Assembly (NCBI GenBank): GCA_043810925.1
Contig: JBDRNT010000072.1
Location: forward strand, 1 to 64,000
DNA from: Candidatus Eiseniibacteriota bacterium
GTDB lineage: Bacteria > Arandabacterota > Arandabacteria > Arandabacterales > Arandabacteraceae
Reading direction: 5' to 3'
Length of the DNA stretch: 64,000 nt
How positions within the stretch are numbered: the first letter of the stretch is position 1; every line of letters starts with the position of its first letter. This document shows, piece by piece, positions 39,141-48,792 of the stretch. The notes under the pieces were generated by a model. It was given only the letters and a program-made list of their open reading frames with translations. It was not told the DNA's origin and did no database searches. Made by a program: the position numbers and the translations under genes.

Positions 39141-40130
39141 TTACTTCTGCCGCGAGACCACCCGGTCGGCCAGAAGCATGAGCGAGTTTCTGGCCGGGCA
39201 GGCCTTGAGATCGGCGATATGGCTCTTGGCCTGCTGGGCAAGCCGCTGGGCCGCCTGGTGCGAATAGACGATGCCTCTATGCTTTTCGATGAAATCCACG
39301 ACCTGCTTCCACTCGGTCTTCCCGAGCGAAGAGGTGTCAATGAGTCTCCTGAGCCTCGCAGCCTCCTCGCTGCCGGCGTTTCTTAGAGCAACCAGCAACG
39401 GTAGAGTCACCCTGCCGTCACGCACGTCGTTTCCGATAGGCTTCCCCGTCACATCAACGTCACCGACGAAGTCGAGGATGTCATCGACGATCTGAAACGC
39501 GATACCGATGGTCTCACCATACGCCTTCAATCTGGCGGTTGCACTGTCATCCAGCCCACCGATCAGTGCCCCGGCTTCACAGGCTGATGAGAAGAGAGCG
39601 GCCGTCTTATGTCCTATCATGTCGAGGTATGTTTCCTCTGATATGTCGTACTTGCCACGGAGATCCATTTGAAACATCTCGCCATACGTCATGCTGTCTG
39701 AGCCCTCGGAGAGCACAGTGGCGATCTTGAAGTCACCCGTCTCGTGCAACAGCCTGAACGCGGTGCAGAACAGGTGGTCACCCATGATCACGGAGACCTG
39801 ATCGTTCCACAGTCTGTTGACGGTGGGAAGACCTCTGCGAAGCAGGCTCCTGTCGATCGAATCGTCATGGAGCAGAGTAGCCGTGTGTATGATCTCGATC
39901 GCGGCCGCGACCTTGATAGCCTTGTCGATGTCGGGCTTCCCCAGCCTGGCCGATAAGAAGACGAGGATCGGTCTCACGCGCTTGCCCTTCATGCTTACAA
40001 GATGCTCACCGATCGCTGAGACGAGCGCGAACTTGCCGGAGAAGATCTCTGCCAGCTCACCCTCAAGGACACGGAGTTCATCCTCAACAGGAGCGGTTAT
40101 CTCCTTGCCCTTGATCATCGCTGAACTCAT
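39141..40130 (-). CDS. polyprenyl diphosphate synthase (HepT/IspB-like)
   Basis: GKRVRP, LLHDDSID..RRG, KTA, FQIVDDILD, GKPIGND. Confidence 0.93.
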   Translation of the reverse strand: MSSAMIKGKEITAPVEDELRVLEGELAEIFSGKFALVSAIGEHLVSMKGKRVRPILVFLSARLGKPDIDKAIKVAAAIEIIHTATLLHDDSIDRSLLRRGLPTVNRLWNDQVSVIMGDHLFCTAFRLLHETGDFKIATVLSEGSDSMTYGEMFQMDLRGKYDISEETYLDMIGHKTAALFSSACEAGALIGGLDDSATARLKAYGETIGIAFQIVDDILDFVGDVDVTGKPIGNDVRDGRVTLPLLVALRNAGSEEAARLRRLIDTSSLGKTEWKQVVDFIEKHRGIVYSHQAAQRLAQQAKSHIADLKACPARNSLMLLADRVVSRQK

Positions 40131-40146
40131 AGCGCCTCCCGAACGT

Positions 40147-40175
40147 AGGCTAACACCTCAGGCCAATGGTGTCAA
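40147..40175 (-). promoter_or_regulatory. sigma70-type promoter for polyprenyl synthase-apbE operon
   Basis: TTGACA-N17-TAGCCT with TGn extension. Confidence 0.5.
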
Positions 40176-40177
40176 TC

Positions 40178-40344
40178 GTAGCATCGGGGTCCACCCCCGA
40201 CGGTTACAGCTGGAATCCACTGGCGCAGCCTCTTGGGACGCAAGCGAATGCCTTTTCTGAGCAACGCGGACCAAGAGGCGTGCCAGGTTCAGAAGGTCGT
40301 TGGGCGCGGAGATTCAACTTGCCCGGGCTGAACCCCGACGCTGC
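40178..40344. repeat. long rod-shaped hairpin element, copy 2
   Basis: Stems 40178-93/40329-44, 40196-205/40295-304, 40220-36/40271-86; apical motif shared with copy 1. Confidence 0.65.
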
Positions 40345-40353
40345 AGCAAACGA

Positions 40354-41286
40354 CTAGAAAAGGAAGGAGGCGGCAAGGATGCTTACCGTAATCGTATGCG
40401 ACATGATAGTAAGCCGGCTTGCGCTGACAGTGCTCTCCCTGTCACTGAGCGCTCTCACCGGGAGCAACTGACGCATGAAAGCGACCAGAGGCAGAAACGC
40501 GATCGCCGCAAGCGGCCGGTACCACCCCACCGCAAGCCCGACCGCAAGCCACGCGTATGCGCCCGCGAAGACCGAAAGGTAGAGGGCATAACCACGTCGA
40601 CCGCCCAGCATGACCACGAGTGTGCGCTTGCCCGCGCGTCTGTCCGCGTCACAGTCCAGCACCTCATTTACGAGCAGGATGGCGGCCACGAGGAGCCCGG
40701 CCGGGCCGGAAATGAGAACCGCGATTGGTGGGATGCTCCCCACCTGACAGAGATAACTGCCCGCAACAACCAGAGGGCCAAATGCAAGAAAGACAAGCAC
40801 TTCACCCATCCCCCTGTAGCTGAGCTTGAACGGGACAGCCGTATAGAGAAAACCACACAGCGCTCCCACAATCCCGATCGCCAGCACCTGGTTCCCCGGC
40901 AGTATGCGGTTCAGCCAGAGTCCCTGAATGAGTCCCAGCGCGAAAAAGCAGATAGAAGAAGCAAGCACCACCCTGGCCGGCAGCAGGCCCTGTTGAATCA
41001 CGCGGCTTCCACCCGAAAAAGGCGTCGGACAGGGGTTAAGCCGGTCACAACCCGTGATCTCGTCATAGAAATCATTTGCCAGATTGGCCCCGAGATGAAC
41101 ACACAGGACTCCACCCAGCGTGAGCGTGAGCCTCCCCGCACTCAGGCTGCCCGTTCGGTGGAAGGCGGCGAGCGCTCCGAGGAAGACCGGGATACCGGAG
41201 ACGGTGAGAAAAGGAGCTCTCAGGGAATGGAGCCAGACCTGGAGCCTGGATGCGGCCCCATCCAGGGGAGCGATATCAGAACTCAT
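40354..41286 (-). CDS. menA: UbiA-family prenyltransferase, MenA/DmkA-like
   Basis: LRAPFL, NLANDFYD, FSGGSRVI, YRGMGE, NEVLD..ADRRAGKRTL; ATG overlaps the end of flxA. Confidence 0.8.
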   Translation of the reverse strand: MSSDIAPLDGAASRLQVWLHSLRAPFLTVSGIPVFLGALAAFHRTGSLSAGRLTLTLGGVLCVHLGANLANDFYDEITGCDRLNPCPTPFSGGSRVIQQGLLPARVVLASSICFFALGLIQGLWLNRILPGNQVLAIGIVGALCGFLYTAVPFKLSYRGMGEVLVFLAFGPLVVAGSYLCQVGSIPPIAVLISGPAGLLVAAILLVNEVLDCDADRRAGKRTLVVMLGGRRGYALYLSVFAGAYAWLAVGLAVGWYRPLAAIAFLPLVAFMRQLLPVRALSDRESTVSASRLTIMSHTITVSILAASFLF

Positions 41287-42106
41287 CCGGAAGCTCGCCC
41301 ATTTCCTCAAGTGTGAAAACCGGACCGTCACGGCAGACATAGGTGCTGCCTATGTTGCATCTGCCGCATGTCCCAACGCCACACTTCATCTTCATCTCGA
41401 GTGTAGTAATCACGTCGGATGGCCTGAAGCCCAGCTTCCTGGCAGAGATGAAAACGAACTTTATCATGACCGGCGGCCCGCATGTTACGAGGACCGAGTC
41501 CGACGGTGGATTCACTTTTTCAAGTACCGCAGGCACCAGACCGACCTCGCCCTTCCAGGTGTCATTCTCACCACCCGGGTCGACCGTCGTAACGATTTTC
41601 ACATCGTCCCGTCCGGCCCATTCATCAAGGTCCTTCTTGTAGACCAGATCGTCAACGGTCCGGGCCCCGTATACAATGTAGATATCCTTGAACCTTGCCC
41701 TGTCTGAGAGTGCCTGCCATATCAGCGGCCTGAGCGGTGCCATCCCAATGCCTCCACCGACGAAGACGATGTCGCGGCCTGATAATTCTTCATAGGGGAA
41801 ACTGTTACCGTAGGGCCCTCTGAAGCCGACACGGTCGCCCGCCTCGAGGTCATGTATGGCGGATGTCACCTTACCGACTTCCTTGACACTGACCTCAAAG
41901 AAGTCCTTCCACATGGGTGGCGAGGCAATGCAGAAGACCGACTCGCCTTCGCCCAGGACCGATACCAGACAGAACTGGCCGGGCTTGAAACTGAAACCCG
42001 CCTTCACGGCCGGATCCTCAAACACCAGCTTGAGCGTTCTGATGTCAGGCGTTTCCTGCCTGATCTCTTCAACACGGACCAGCTTGGGTACCAGGTTTTC
42101 GTCCAA
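41276..42106 (-). CDS. flxA: FAD/NAD-binding [2Fe-2S] subunit, FlxA/AsrB-like
   Basis: FKPGQF, RGPYGN, GGGIGMAP, CGPPVM, KMKCGVGTCGRC, VCRDGP. Confidence 0.8.
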   Translation of the reverse strand: MDENLVPKLVRVEEIRQETPDIRTLKLVFEDPAVKAGFSFKPGQFCLVSVLGEGESVFCIASPPMWKDFFEVSVKEVGKVTSAIHDLEAGDRVGFRGPYGNSFPYEELSGRDIVFVGGGIGMAPLRPLIWQALSDRARFKDIYIVYGARTVDDLVYKKDLDEWAGRDDVKIVTTVDPGGENDTWKGEVGLVPAVLEKVNPPSDSVLVTCGPPVMIKFVFISARKLGFRPSDVITTLEMKMKCGVGTCGRCNIGSTYVCRDGPVFTLEEMGELPDEF

Positions 42107-42112
42107 CCGCTC

Positions 42113-43096
42113 TCATTCCTTTCGAGGCAAGGTCTCCAGAATTTCACATATGTCGACACCATAGGGGCAGTACCGCACACATCTGCCGTCGCCCACGCAT
42201 GCGACCCTGTCTATGTTCTCCACGCAGTACTTGAACTTATGCATCACCCGCTGTCTGTACCTCGCGTGCCTTCCGACCCGAGGCTGGTGCGAGGCCATCC
42301 TCGTAAAACCCGAGAACGAGCATGAGTCCCAGATCCTCAAACGCTCCGCCCGGGAAATACCCTTCTCGTCTGCGATATCAAAACAGTGGCAGGTCGGGCA
42401 GAGATAGTAGCAGGTACCGCAGCTCACACAGTTGTCCGAGACGGTCCGCCACCTGGGGCTGTCGAAGTTCTCATCGAGCCACGGCTTGAGCCCGCCGGTA
42501 TCGAGCGTCCGCCTGAGCACCGGAGGTGCGTCGGGTTCACCGCCCTCGTCTTCCTTAATACCCATCTCACCTAAGAAGGCCCTTCCCTTCTCAGTGACGG
42601 CCCTGACGATGTAGCTCCCCTCACGCGGAAGGGCGATCACATCGCTTCCCGTAGTATCATGCGGACCATAGCCCATCGACACACAGAAACAGGCGTCATC
42701 ACAGTCCGAGCAGGCAACCGTCATGATTACGGACTCGTCCCTTCGGCGCGCATATCTGGTGTCCTTCACCTGCCCGATTAGAATGGGATCCAGGATCGCC
42801 ATCGCAGCGACATCACACGGCCGCGTGCCGATTATCAGCATCCGGCCGGGATCGTCCGAGACGGGGATTACTTCCTGTTTATCGAGATCGAAGCGCGCCA
42901 GGGATTCACACCTCGGAAGCATGACATCCTTGAGCGTATTCAAAGTGAGTATATGATCGAAGGCGAGCTGCTCGGGCTCTTCGACCGCGGCGATCAGTAC
43001 ACCTGCCTCCTGCTTGACGGGTGCGTACACACGGTAGCCGTTCCGGAGGGCGTCACCTGCAATCTTAATGAGGTCTCTTCTCGACATCATCGTCAT
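42113..43096 (-). CDS. flxB: 4Fe-4S dicluster subunit, FlxB/AsrA-like
   Basis: RPCD, CFCVS, CVSCGTC...CPTCHCF, WDSC, CVGDGRCVRYCP. Confidence 0.78.
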   Translation of the reverse strand: MTMMSRRDLIKIAGDALRNGYRVYAPVKQEAGVLIAAVEEPEQLAFDHILTLNTLKDVMLPRCESLARFDLDKQEVIPVSDDPGRMLIIGTRPCDVAAMAILDPILIGQVKDTRYARRRDESVIMTVACSDCDDACFCVSMGYGPHDTTGSDVIALPREGSYIVRAVTEKGRAFLGEMGIKEDEGGEPDAPPVLRRTLDTGGLKPWLDENFDSPRWRTVSDNCVSCGTCYYLCPTCHCFDIADEKGISRAERLRIWDSCSFSGFTRMASHQPRVGRHARYRQRVMHKFKYCVENIDRVACVGDGRCVRYCPYGVDICEILETLPRKE

Positions 43097-43098
43097 CG

Positions 43099-43974
43099 CT
43101 ACCTTACAAAATCCTCAGGGTCGTCATCGGCGTAAGTCACAAAGAAGGGATCGGCCTCGGTATCCATACCGGGCTTGTAACCATAGGCCTCATCAACCTT
43201 CCGCGACAGGAATGTCGACAGCATGTCGACCGGGATGTCCATCGGGCACGCCCGCGAGCACTGGCCGCATGAGATGCACCGCCCGGCAAGATGCATCGCC
43301 CGGATAAAATGATAAGCCAGATTCCCCTTAAGCGACGGGGCTTTGTCAATCCACTGCGGTCTTGACTTCTCCGTGATACACTCCCGGCAGTAACACAGGG
43401 GACAGGCCTGGCGACAGGCATAACACTTGATACACCTGGAGAAAGCCTCCGTCCAGAACTGCCAGCGTTCGCCCGGTGTCATTGCTTCAATCCGGGCCAG
43501 GTCTTCGAACCGATCTCCCACGACCGGCCGTACTCTCGACTCATCCCCTATGAGGTCGTCATAGACATGAGGTGTCTGATATTCGCAGGCCCTGCATCTC
43601 ACCTGGATGTCGGCCGAGTCCGCGTCGCGCATGCCGTCACATGTAACACCGATGATGTGAACGGAACCACGTTTGATCTGCCGCTCCTGGAGAAGTACCA
43701 GGATCGCCCTGACGTCGCAGCCTTTGGCCACGATCCCCACTCGTCCACCCTTCCTCAACACTTCCAGACAGGGTTCCCTCAGGAGATAGGTCGACAGGTT
43801 ATGGCCGCAATACTCGTTCCAGACGAGCCCGTCCGCGTCCGCCGCGCTCCTCACAAACAGCGGGCGCACACCCTTACCATCAAAGGTCTTCCCGTAGCCT
43901 ATGATAGGGCTCACATCACCCGCTGTGATAAGTTCCCTTATCCTGGCCTTGAGGGCTGTCTCGCGATCACTCAT
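43099..43974 (-). CDS. flxC: 4Fe-4S dicluster subunit, FlxC-like
   Basis: KGCD, CIKCYACRQACPLCYC, HLAGRCISCGQCSRACP. Confidence 0.78.
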   Translation of the reverse strand: MSDRETALKARIRELITAGDVSPIIGYGKTFDGKGVRPLFVRSAADADGLVWNEYCGHNLSTYLLREPCLEVLRKGGRVGIVAKGCDVRAILVLLQERQIKRGSVHIIGVTCDGMRDADSADIQVRCRACEYQTPHVYDDLIGDESRVRPVVGDRFEDLARIEAMTPGERWQFWTEAFSRCIKCYACRQACPLCYCRECITEKSRPQWIDKAPSLKGNLAYHFIRAMHLAGRCISCGQCSRACPMDIPVDMLSTFLSRKVDEAYGYKPGMDTEADPFFVTYADDDPEDFVR

Positions 43975-44431
43975 CGCTTGCCTCTATCTCCCTGTCCGGA
44001 CCTCTGAGTGCAGCGGTCATCTCCCTGTACGGCTCGAACGGACCGATCCGGCTCACGCTTTCGCAGACCTCGTCGACGACCTCGGCCCACTTCCTGCCCT
44101 CCGCCGCCGAACACCAGGTGACCTGAAAGCGCTCCTTCTCGATCCCCAGGAAGTCAAGCAGGCTCCGCATAAGAAAAAAGCGTCTGCGGGCATTGAGATT
44201 ACCGGATACATAGTGACAGTCGCCCGGGTGGCAACCGCCGATCAGGACACCATCCGCACCCCGCTCGAAAGCCTTGAGGATGAAGCTGGCATCCACCCTG
44301 CCCGAACACGGTACCCTTATCACGCGTACATCCGCCTTATGCTTGATCCGGGACGTCCCCGCAAGGTCGGCCCCCGCATAAGAGCACCAGTTACAGAGGA
44401 AGGCGACTATCCTGGGTTTGAAGTCCGGCAT
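43967..44431 (-). CDS. mvhD: [2Fe-2S] MvhD/FlxD subunit
   Basis: FLCNWCSYAGAD, PCSGRV, GCHPGDCHY. Confidence 0.93.
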   Translation of the reverse strand: MPDFKPRIVAFLCNWCSYAGADLAGTSRIKHKADVRVIRVPCSGRVDASFILKAFERGADGVLIGGCHPGDCHYVSGNLNARRRFFLMRSLLDFLGIEKERFQVTWCSAAEGRKWAEVVDEVCESVSRIGPFEPYREMTAALRGPDREIEASDE

Positions 44432-44440
44432 CTCTCCACC

Positions 44441-46432
44441 TTATCTTTTCACTCTAACTATATCTGCTAACGCATTGATTTCGCTATAGATTTGTTCTTC
44501 GCTGAAACCTCTGAGATCCATGGCCTTCGGTCTGCACGGAGGGATACAGGCTCCGCAACCCTCGCATACACCCGGGTTGACGCCGGCTATATCGGCAACA
44601 AGCCCGGTCTCCGGGTCCTTCCACTCGACGTGTTCGACCGCTCCATAGGGACACGTGGTCTCGCAGGCAAAGCAGCCTATGCATACTCTTTCCTCAACGT
44701 GCGCCACCAGCGGTTCCCTTACGAGCTCATCCGAAGACAGGAGCCCCAGCACCTTGCTGGCAGCGGCACTCGCCTGTGAAACCGTATCCGGGATGTCCCT
44801 GGGTGCCTGGCAGGTGCCGGCGAGGTAGACACCCGGTGTGTTGGTTTCAACCGGTCTCAGTTTGGGATGGGCTTCGGTGAGGAAGCCGTACTGGTCGAAT
44901 CCGATCCTGAGCTTCTGCGCAAGTTCCCGGACACCGCTGGCAGCCGTGACGGCGGTTGCAAGCACGACGAGGTCGGCACGGATCTCAACCTGCTGCCCCG
45001 ATATCGTGTCGGACCCCTTGACGAAGACGGTCCCGTTCTTCTCAAAGATCCGGGATACACGGCCTCTCAAGTAGACCACCCGGTCTTCGTCGACCGCACG
45101 CTTCACGAATTCCTCGTAACCCTTCCCGCCTGCACGTATGTCTATATAGAATACATAGGCCCTGCCGTCCTTGACCTTGTGCTTGAACAGCATTGAATGC
45201 TTGGCCGTGTACATACAGCAAATCCTCGAGCAATACGGGAGGCCCTTCGAATCATCGCGTGACCCCACACACTGGAGAAAGACAACTGTCTTCGGGGTTT
45301 CTCCCGTCGAAGGCCGGATCACCTTGCCCCCGGTCGGTCCCGAAGCACTCAGCATACGCTCAAACTGAAGACCGTCTATTACATCCACTATCTTGCCGTA
45401 ACCGTACTCGCCATAGATCGACCGTTCGATGAGATCGAAGCCCGTGGCAACCACTATGGCTCCCACCTCTTCCTCGATGATCCTGTCCTCCTCATCGTAG
45501 TCGATGGCATCGGCCGGGCAGAGTTTCTTACAGACCCCGCACTTGCCCTTGGTGAACTGGAGACAGCTCTTCCGGTCGATCACCGGTTTGTTGGGTATGG
45601 CCTGTGGAAAGGGGACATAGACCGCTTTGCGTTCGACGAGACCGCACTCGAACTCACTCGGCACCTTGGAGGGGCATTTCTCGATGCAGATCCCGCAGCC
45701 CGTACACTTCGCGTGATCGACCGATCTGGCCTTCTGCCTGATCTTGACCTTGAAGTTACCGACGTAACCCTTGACGTCCTCCACCTCCGCAAAGGTGTGG
45801 ACCGTCGCCCGCCGGTTCTGGCTGAGTTCCACCATCTTTGGGGTCAGAATACACTGCGAGCAGTCCAGTGTCGGGAAGGTCTCATCGAGCTGTGACATGT
45901 GCCCGCCGATCGATGGCGAACGCTCAACAAGTGTCAGAGGGATTCCGGCAGCGACGATATCGAGACCGGTCTGGATGCCTGCTATCCCCCCGCCTATTAC
46001 GAGCGCGCGTCTGGTGACCGGCACCCGAATCTCCTCCAGGGGACTGTTCCTCCTCACCTTCTCAACAAGCATGCGCACGGTCTCAATCGCTTTTCCAGTC
46101 GCCTCACACCTGTCCTCATGCACCCACGAGCAGTGCTCGCGTATGTTGGCCATCTCTATGAGGTACGGATTCATACCGCTTTCTAAAGCCAGCCGTCTGA
46201 AAGTGGGCTCGTGCATCCTCGGCGAGCAGGCCGCCACGACAAGACCCGTGAGCTTCTTCTCCTTGATAGCCTGTCTTATTAGATTCTGGCCCGGATCGGA
46301 GCACATGTACTTGTATTCCACCGAATGCGCTACGCCTGTGAAGCTCCCGGCAGCCCGGGCGACGGCTTTCACATCGACGGTTGACGCGATGTTCGAACCG
46401 CACCAGCAGACGTAGACACCTATTCTAGCCAT
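44441..46432 (-). CDS. hdrA: heterodisulfide reductase subunit A
   Basis: GVYVCWCG, ACSPRMHE, NIREHCSWVH, GGGIAG, FPTLDC, CVGSRD, CSRICC, ferredoxin motifs. Confidence 0.95.
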   Translation of the reverse strand: MARIGVYVCWCGSNIASTVDVKAVARAAGSFTGVAHSVEYKYMCSDPGQNLIRQAIKEKKLTGLVVAACSPRMHEPTFRRLALESGMNPYLIEMANIREHCSWVHEDRCEATGKAIETVRMLVEKVRRNSPLEEIRVPVTRRALVIGGGIAGIQTGLDIVAAGIPLTLVERSPSIGGHMSQLDETFPTLDCSQCILTPKMVELSQNRRATVHTFAEVEDVKGYVGNFKVKIRQKARSVDHAKCTGCGICIEKCPSKVPSEFECGLVERKAVYVPFPQAIPNKPVIDRKSCLQFTKGKCGVCKKLCPADAIDYDEEDRIIEEEVGAIVVATGFDLIERSIYGEYGYGKIVDVIDGLQFERMLSASGPTGGKVIRPSTGETPKTVVFLQCVGSRDDSKGLPYCSRICCMYTAKHSMLFKHKVKDGRAYVFYIDIRAGGKGYEEFVKRAVDEDRVVYLRGRVSRIFEKNGTVFVKGSDTISGQQVEIRADLVVLATAVTAASGVRELAQKLRIGFDQYGFLTEAHPKLRPVETNTPGVYLAGTCQAPRDIPDTVSQASAAASKVLGLLSSDELVREPLVAHVEERVCIGCFACETTCPYGAVEHVEWKDPETGLVADIAGVNPGVCEGCGACIPPCRPKAMDLRGFSEEQIYSEINALADIVRVKR

Positions 46433-46442
46433 TTGATGTTCC

Positions 46443-47318
46443 TCAGATGTTGATGCCGCGTTTTTTCAGAACCGGCACGGGGTCTATCGCGTGCTTACCG
46501 AGACCGAGCTCGCGGGCCGAATACCCGAAGGCGAGACCCAGTAGCTGAGTAAAATAGATCACAGGTACCTCAAGATCGACACCAAGGTACTTCTCGATGT
46601 TGCGTTGTCTCAGATCGAGGTTGGAATGACACAACGGGCACGCAACAATAATCACATCCGCCCCCGCGTCCTGCGCATCCCGGATTATCTCACCGGAGAG
46701 TTTGTGTACTATGTCGGCGTTCGAGAAGGCCAGCGCCGCACCACAACACTCGACCTTGTATCTCCAGTCGACCGGTTCCGCACCCACGGCCGAGACCAGG
46801 TTATCAAGCGATTGTGGGTCCTCTGCGTCGTCGAATCCCGTGATCTCAGGCGGACGGACGAGGAGGCAACCGTAATAGCTCGCCACCTTGAGACCCGACA
46901 GTTTCCGCTTTATCTTCGCTTCAAATCCCGGATCCTGGATGGCCCCACCGGTAAGCTCAAGCATGTGGTATACGGGAACGTCTCCCTCGTAGGGCTCACC
47001 GAGTGCCTCTGCAACCTCATCGTGCTTCTTTTTGTCGGTCGATACCGCGTGGTTCGCCGCTCTGAGCCTGCTATAGCATGAGGCGCAGGTTACCAGCACA
47101 CCCTCGGTGTCCATTCCCCTGGCAAGCAGAAGGCTGTAGGACGGAAGCGCAATGCTCAGGAGCTCATCCGACATGTGAGCCGGGGTCGATCCGCAGCAGA
47201 TCCACTCGGGTATCTCTTCGAGCTCAAGACCGAGCGAACGGGCCGCCAGGACGGTCGACTCCCTGTACTCCCTTGCGGAGGATTCGAGCGAACATCCGGG
47301 ATAAAAGGCCAGTCTCAC
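46443..47318 (-). CDS. hdrB: heterodisulfide reductase subunit B
   Basis: FYPGC, two CCG motifs, YYGCLL, ACPLC. Confidence 0.95.
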   Translation of the reverse strand: MRLAFYPGCSLESSAREYRESTVLAARSLGLELEEIPEWICCGSTPAHMSDELLSIALPSYSLLLARGMDTEGVLVTCASCYSRLRAANHAVSTDKKKHDEVAEALGEPYEGDVPVYHMLELTGGAIQDPGFEAKIKRKLSGLKVASYYGCLLVRPPEITGFDDAEDPQSLDNLVSAVGAEPVDWRYKVECCGAALAFSNADIVHKLSGEIIRDAQDAGADVIIVACPLCHSNLDLRQRNIEKYLGVDLEVPVIYFTQLLGLAFGYSARELGLGKHAIDPVPVLKKRGINI

Positions 47319-47902
47319 TTCCGTTTCATCTCCTCAATGTTCTTCATGATCTTCCTGACCTTGTCCATCCCCTTGACCCGGGGCGGCATGAGAGCGATCT
47401 TGCGCTTGAGCAGCATCGCGGGGGCCTTGTCCAGGTCCTTGGTGAGGTGCCCGCTCAGGAGGTTATAGGTACCGACCAGGGCCGCTTCGTAAAGCCTGCC
47501 AAATCGCTTGAGGTTATTGACGAAAGCATTTACAAATACAGGTACTTCCCGTACTGGAGATGGGAAGCCCTCGCGGTGAGATCTCTGTCTCAGGACATCC
47601 ATGACCCTGACTATTCCGATCTCCCTGGGGCACCTCGTGGCACACGTTTCACAGGAGGCACACAGCCAGATCGTGGCACAGGATAGAACCTCGTCCTTGA
47701 GGCCCAGCTGCACCAGCCTCATCACCTGGTTGGGTAGGAGGTCCATCGCATATCCGACCGGACAGCCTGCAGAGCACTTGCCGCACTGGTAGCATATCCG
47801 CACCTTCTGACCGCTCTCGTTCTCGACCTGGTCGAGAAACTCGGCCGATCCGGTTCGTTCGCTGGTTACGCTAGAGGCCTTTTTCACCGGCTTCTTCTCC
47901 AT
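47315..47902 (-). CDS. hdrC: heterodisulfide reductase subunit C
   Basis: CYQCGKCSAGCP, WLCASCETCATRCP. Confidence 0.93.
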   Translation of the reverse strand: MEKKPVKKASSVTSERTGSAEFLDQVENESGQKVRICYQCGKCSAGCPVGYAMDLLPNQVMRLVQLGLKDEVLSCATIWLCASCETCATRCPREIGIVRVMDVLRQRSHREGFPSPVREVPVFVNAFVNNLKRFGRLYEAALVGTYNLLSGHLTKDLDKAPAMLLKRKIALMPPRVKGMDKVRKIMKNIEEMKRK

Positions 47903-47944
47903 AGAAACGGCCTCTGTTTGATGCCAAACAGAGGCGACGGTTTC

Positions 47945-47973
47945 ATGCTAAGCTGTGTATTGGAGGGTGTCAA
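47945..47973 (-). promoter_or_regulatory. sigma70-type promoter for hdr-flx operon
   Basis: TTGACA-N17-TAGCAT on minus strand. Confidence 0.6.
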
Positions 47974-47981
47974 GCCGAAAC

Positions 47982-48734
47982 TCACCCCCTCCGCCTCTTC
48001 TCAAACACCCTCGCAAGCAGATAGCCTACCCAGTAAAGCGCGAGCATAGGCACCGTCATGAGTATCTGTGAGACGACGTCCGGCGGTGTCAGCACGGCCG
48101 CAAGCACGAGCACGGCCACGAATGCGTACCTCCACCCTTGCTTGAGCGTCCCTGAGGAGACAAGACCCATCCACGCCAGTACCGCAAGCACCAGCGGCAC
48201 CTGGAAAACCAGACCGAACGTTATACAGAACTTGATGACAAACGATATATAACTCCCCATCCTGACGGTGGCGACGACTGACGGGGGCTTCAGTCTGAAC
48301 AGGAAGGCCACACTGAGTTTGACCATCAGCTGATAGGCAAACAGGACCCCGCAATAGAAAAGGACAATCGACATCAAGACGAGCGGTCCGGCCATCTTTT
48401 TCTCACTGCGGAAGAGCCCCGGTGACACGAACTGCCATACCTTGACGATGTTGAAGGGAAGAGCGATCAGAAATCCGATAAGGAGTGAGATCTTGAGTTT
48501 GGTGGTAAACGCCTCCGCCACTTCGAAAACATGGAGTTTGTAGCCCTCCCCCGGTCCGAGCACTCTCTCGAGGACGTCGGAGAGATCGTTACTCAGGAGA
48601 TTCAAGACATCACCGGAGAAGTACCAGGCCACGGCGGTGCCGACAAGCGTGGCCGCGGCGATCCAGACTATCGTCCACCTGAGTTCCTCGAGGTGCCCGA
48701 GGAAGCTCATGCTTTTTCCGTCACTATCATCCAT
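47982..48734 (-). CDS. tatC: twin-arginine translocase TatC
   Basis: MSFLGHLEELR, WQFVSPGL..EK, FGLVFQVP, LTPPD. Confidence 0.95.
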   Translation of the reverse strand: MDDSDGKSMSFLGHLEELRWTIVWIAAATLVGTAVAWYFSGDVLNLLSNDLSDVLERVLGPGEGYKLHVFEVAEAFTTKLKISLLIGFLIALPFNIVKVWQFVSPGLFRSEKKMAGPLVLMSIVLFYCGVLFAYQLMVKLSVAFLFRLKPPSVVATVRMGSYISFVIKFCITFGLVFQVPLVLAVLAWMGLVSSGTLKQGWRYAFVAVLVLAAVLTPPDVVSQILMTVPMLALYWVGYLLARVFEKRRRG

Positions 48735-48792
48735 GAGAGTTCTCTACCGGTGTTGGGTCGCGGGATTGCGGCGGTCTTATCCGGAGCCTCGG

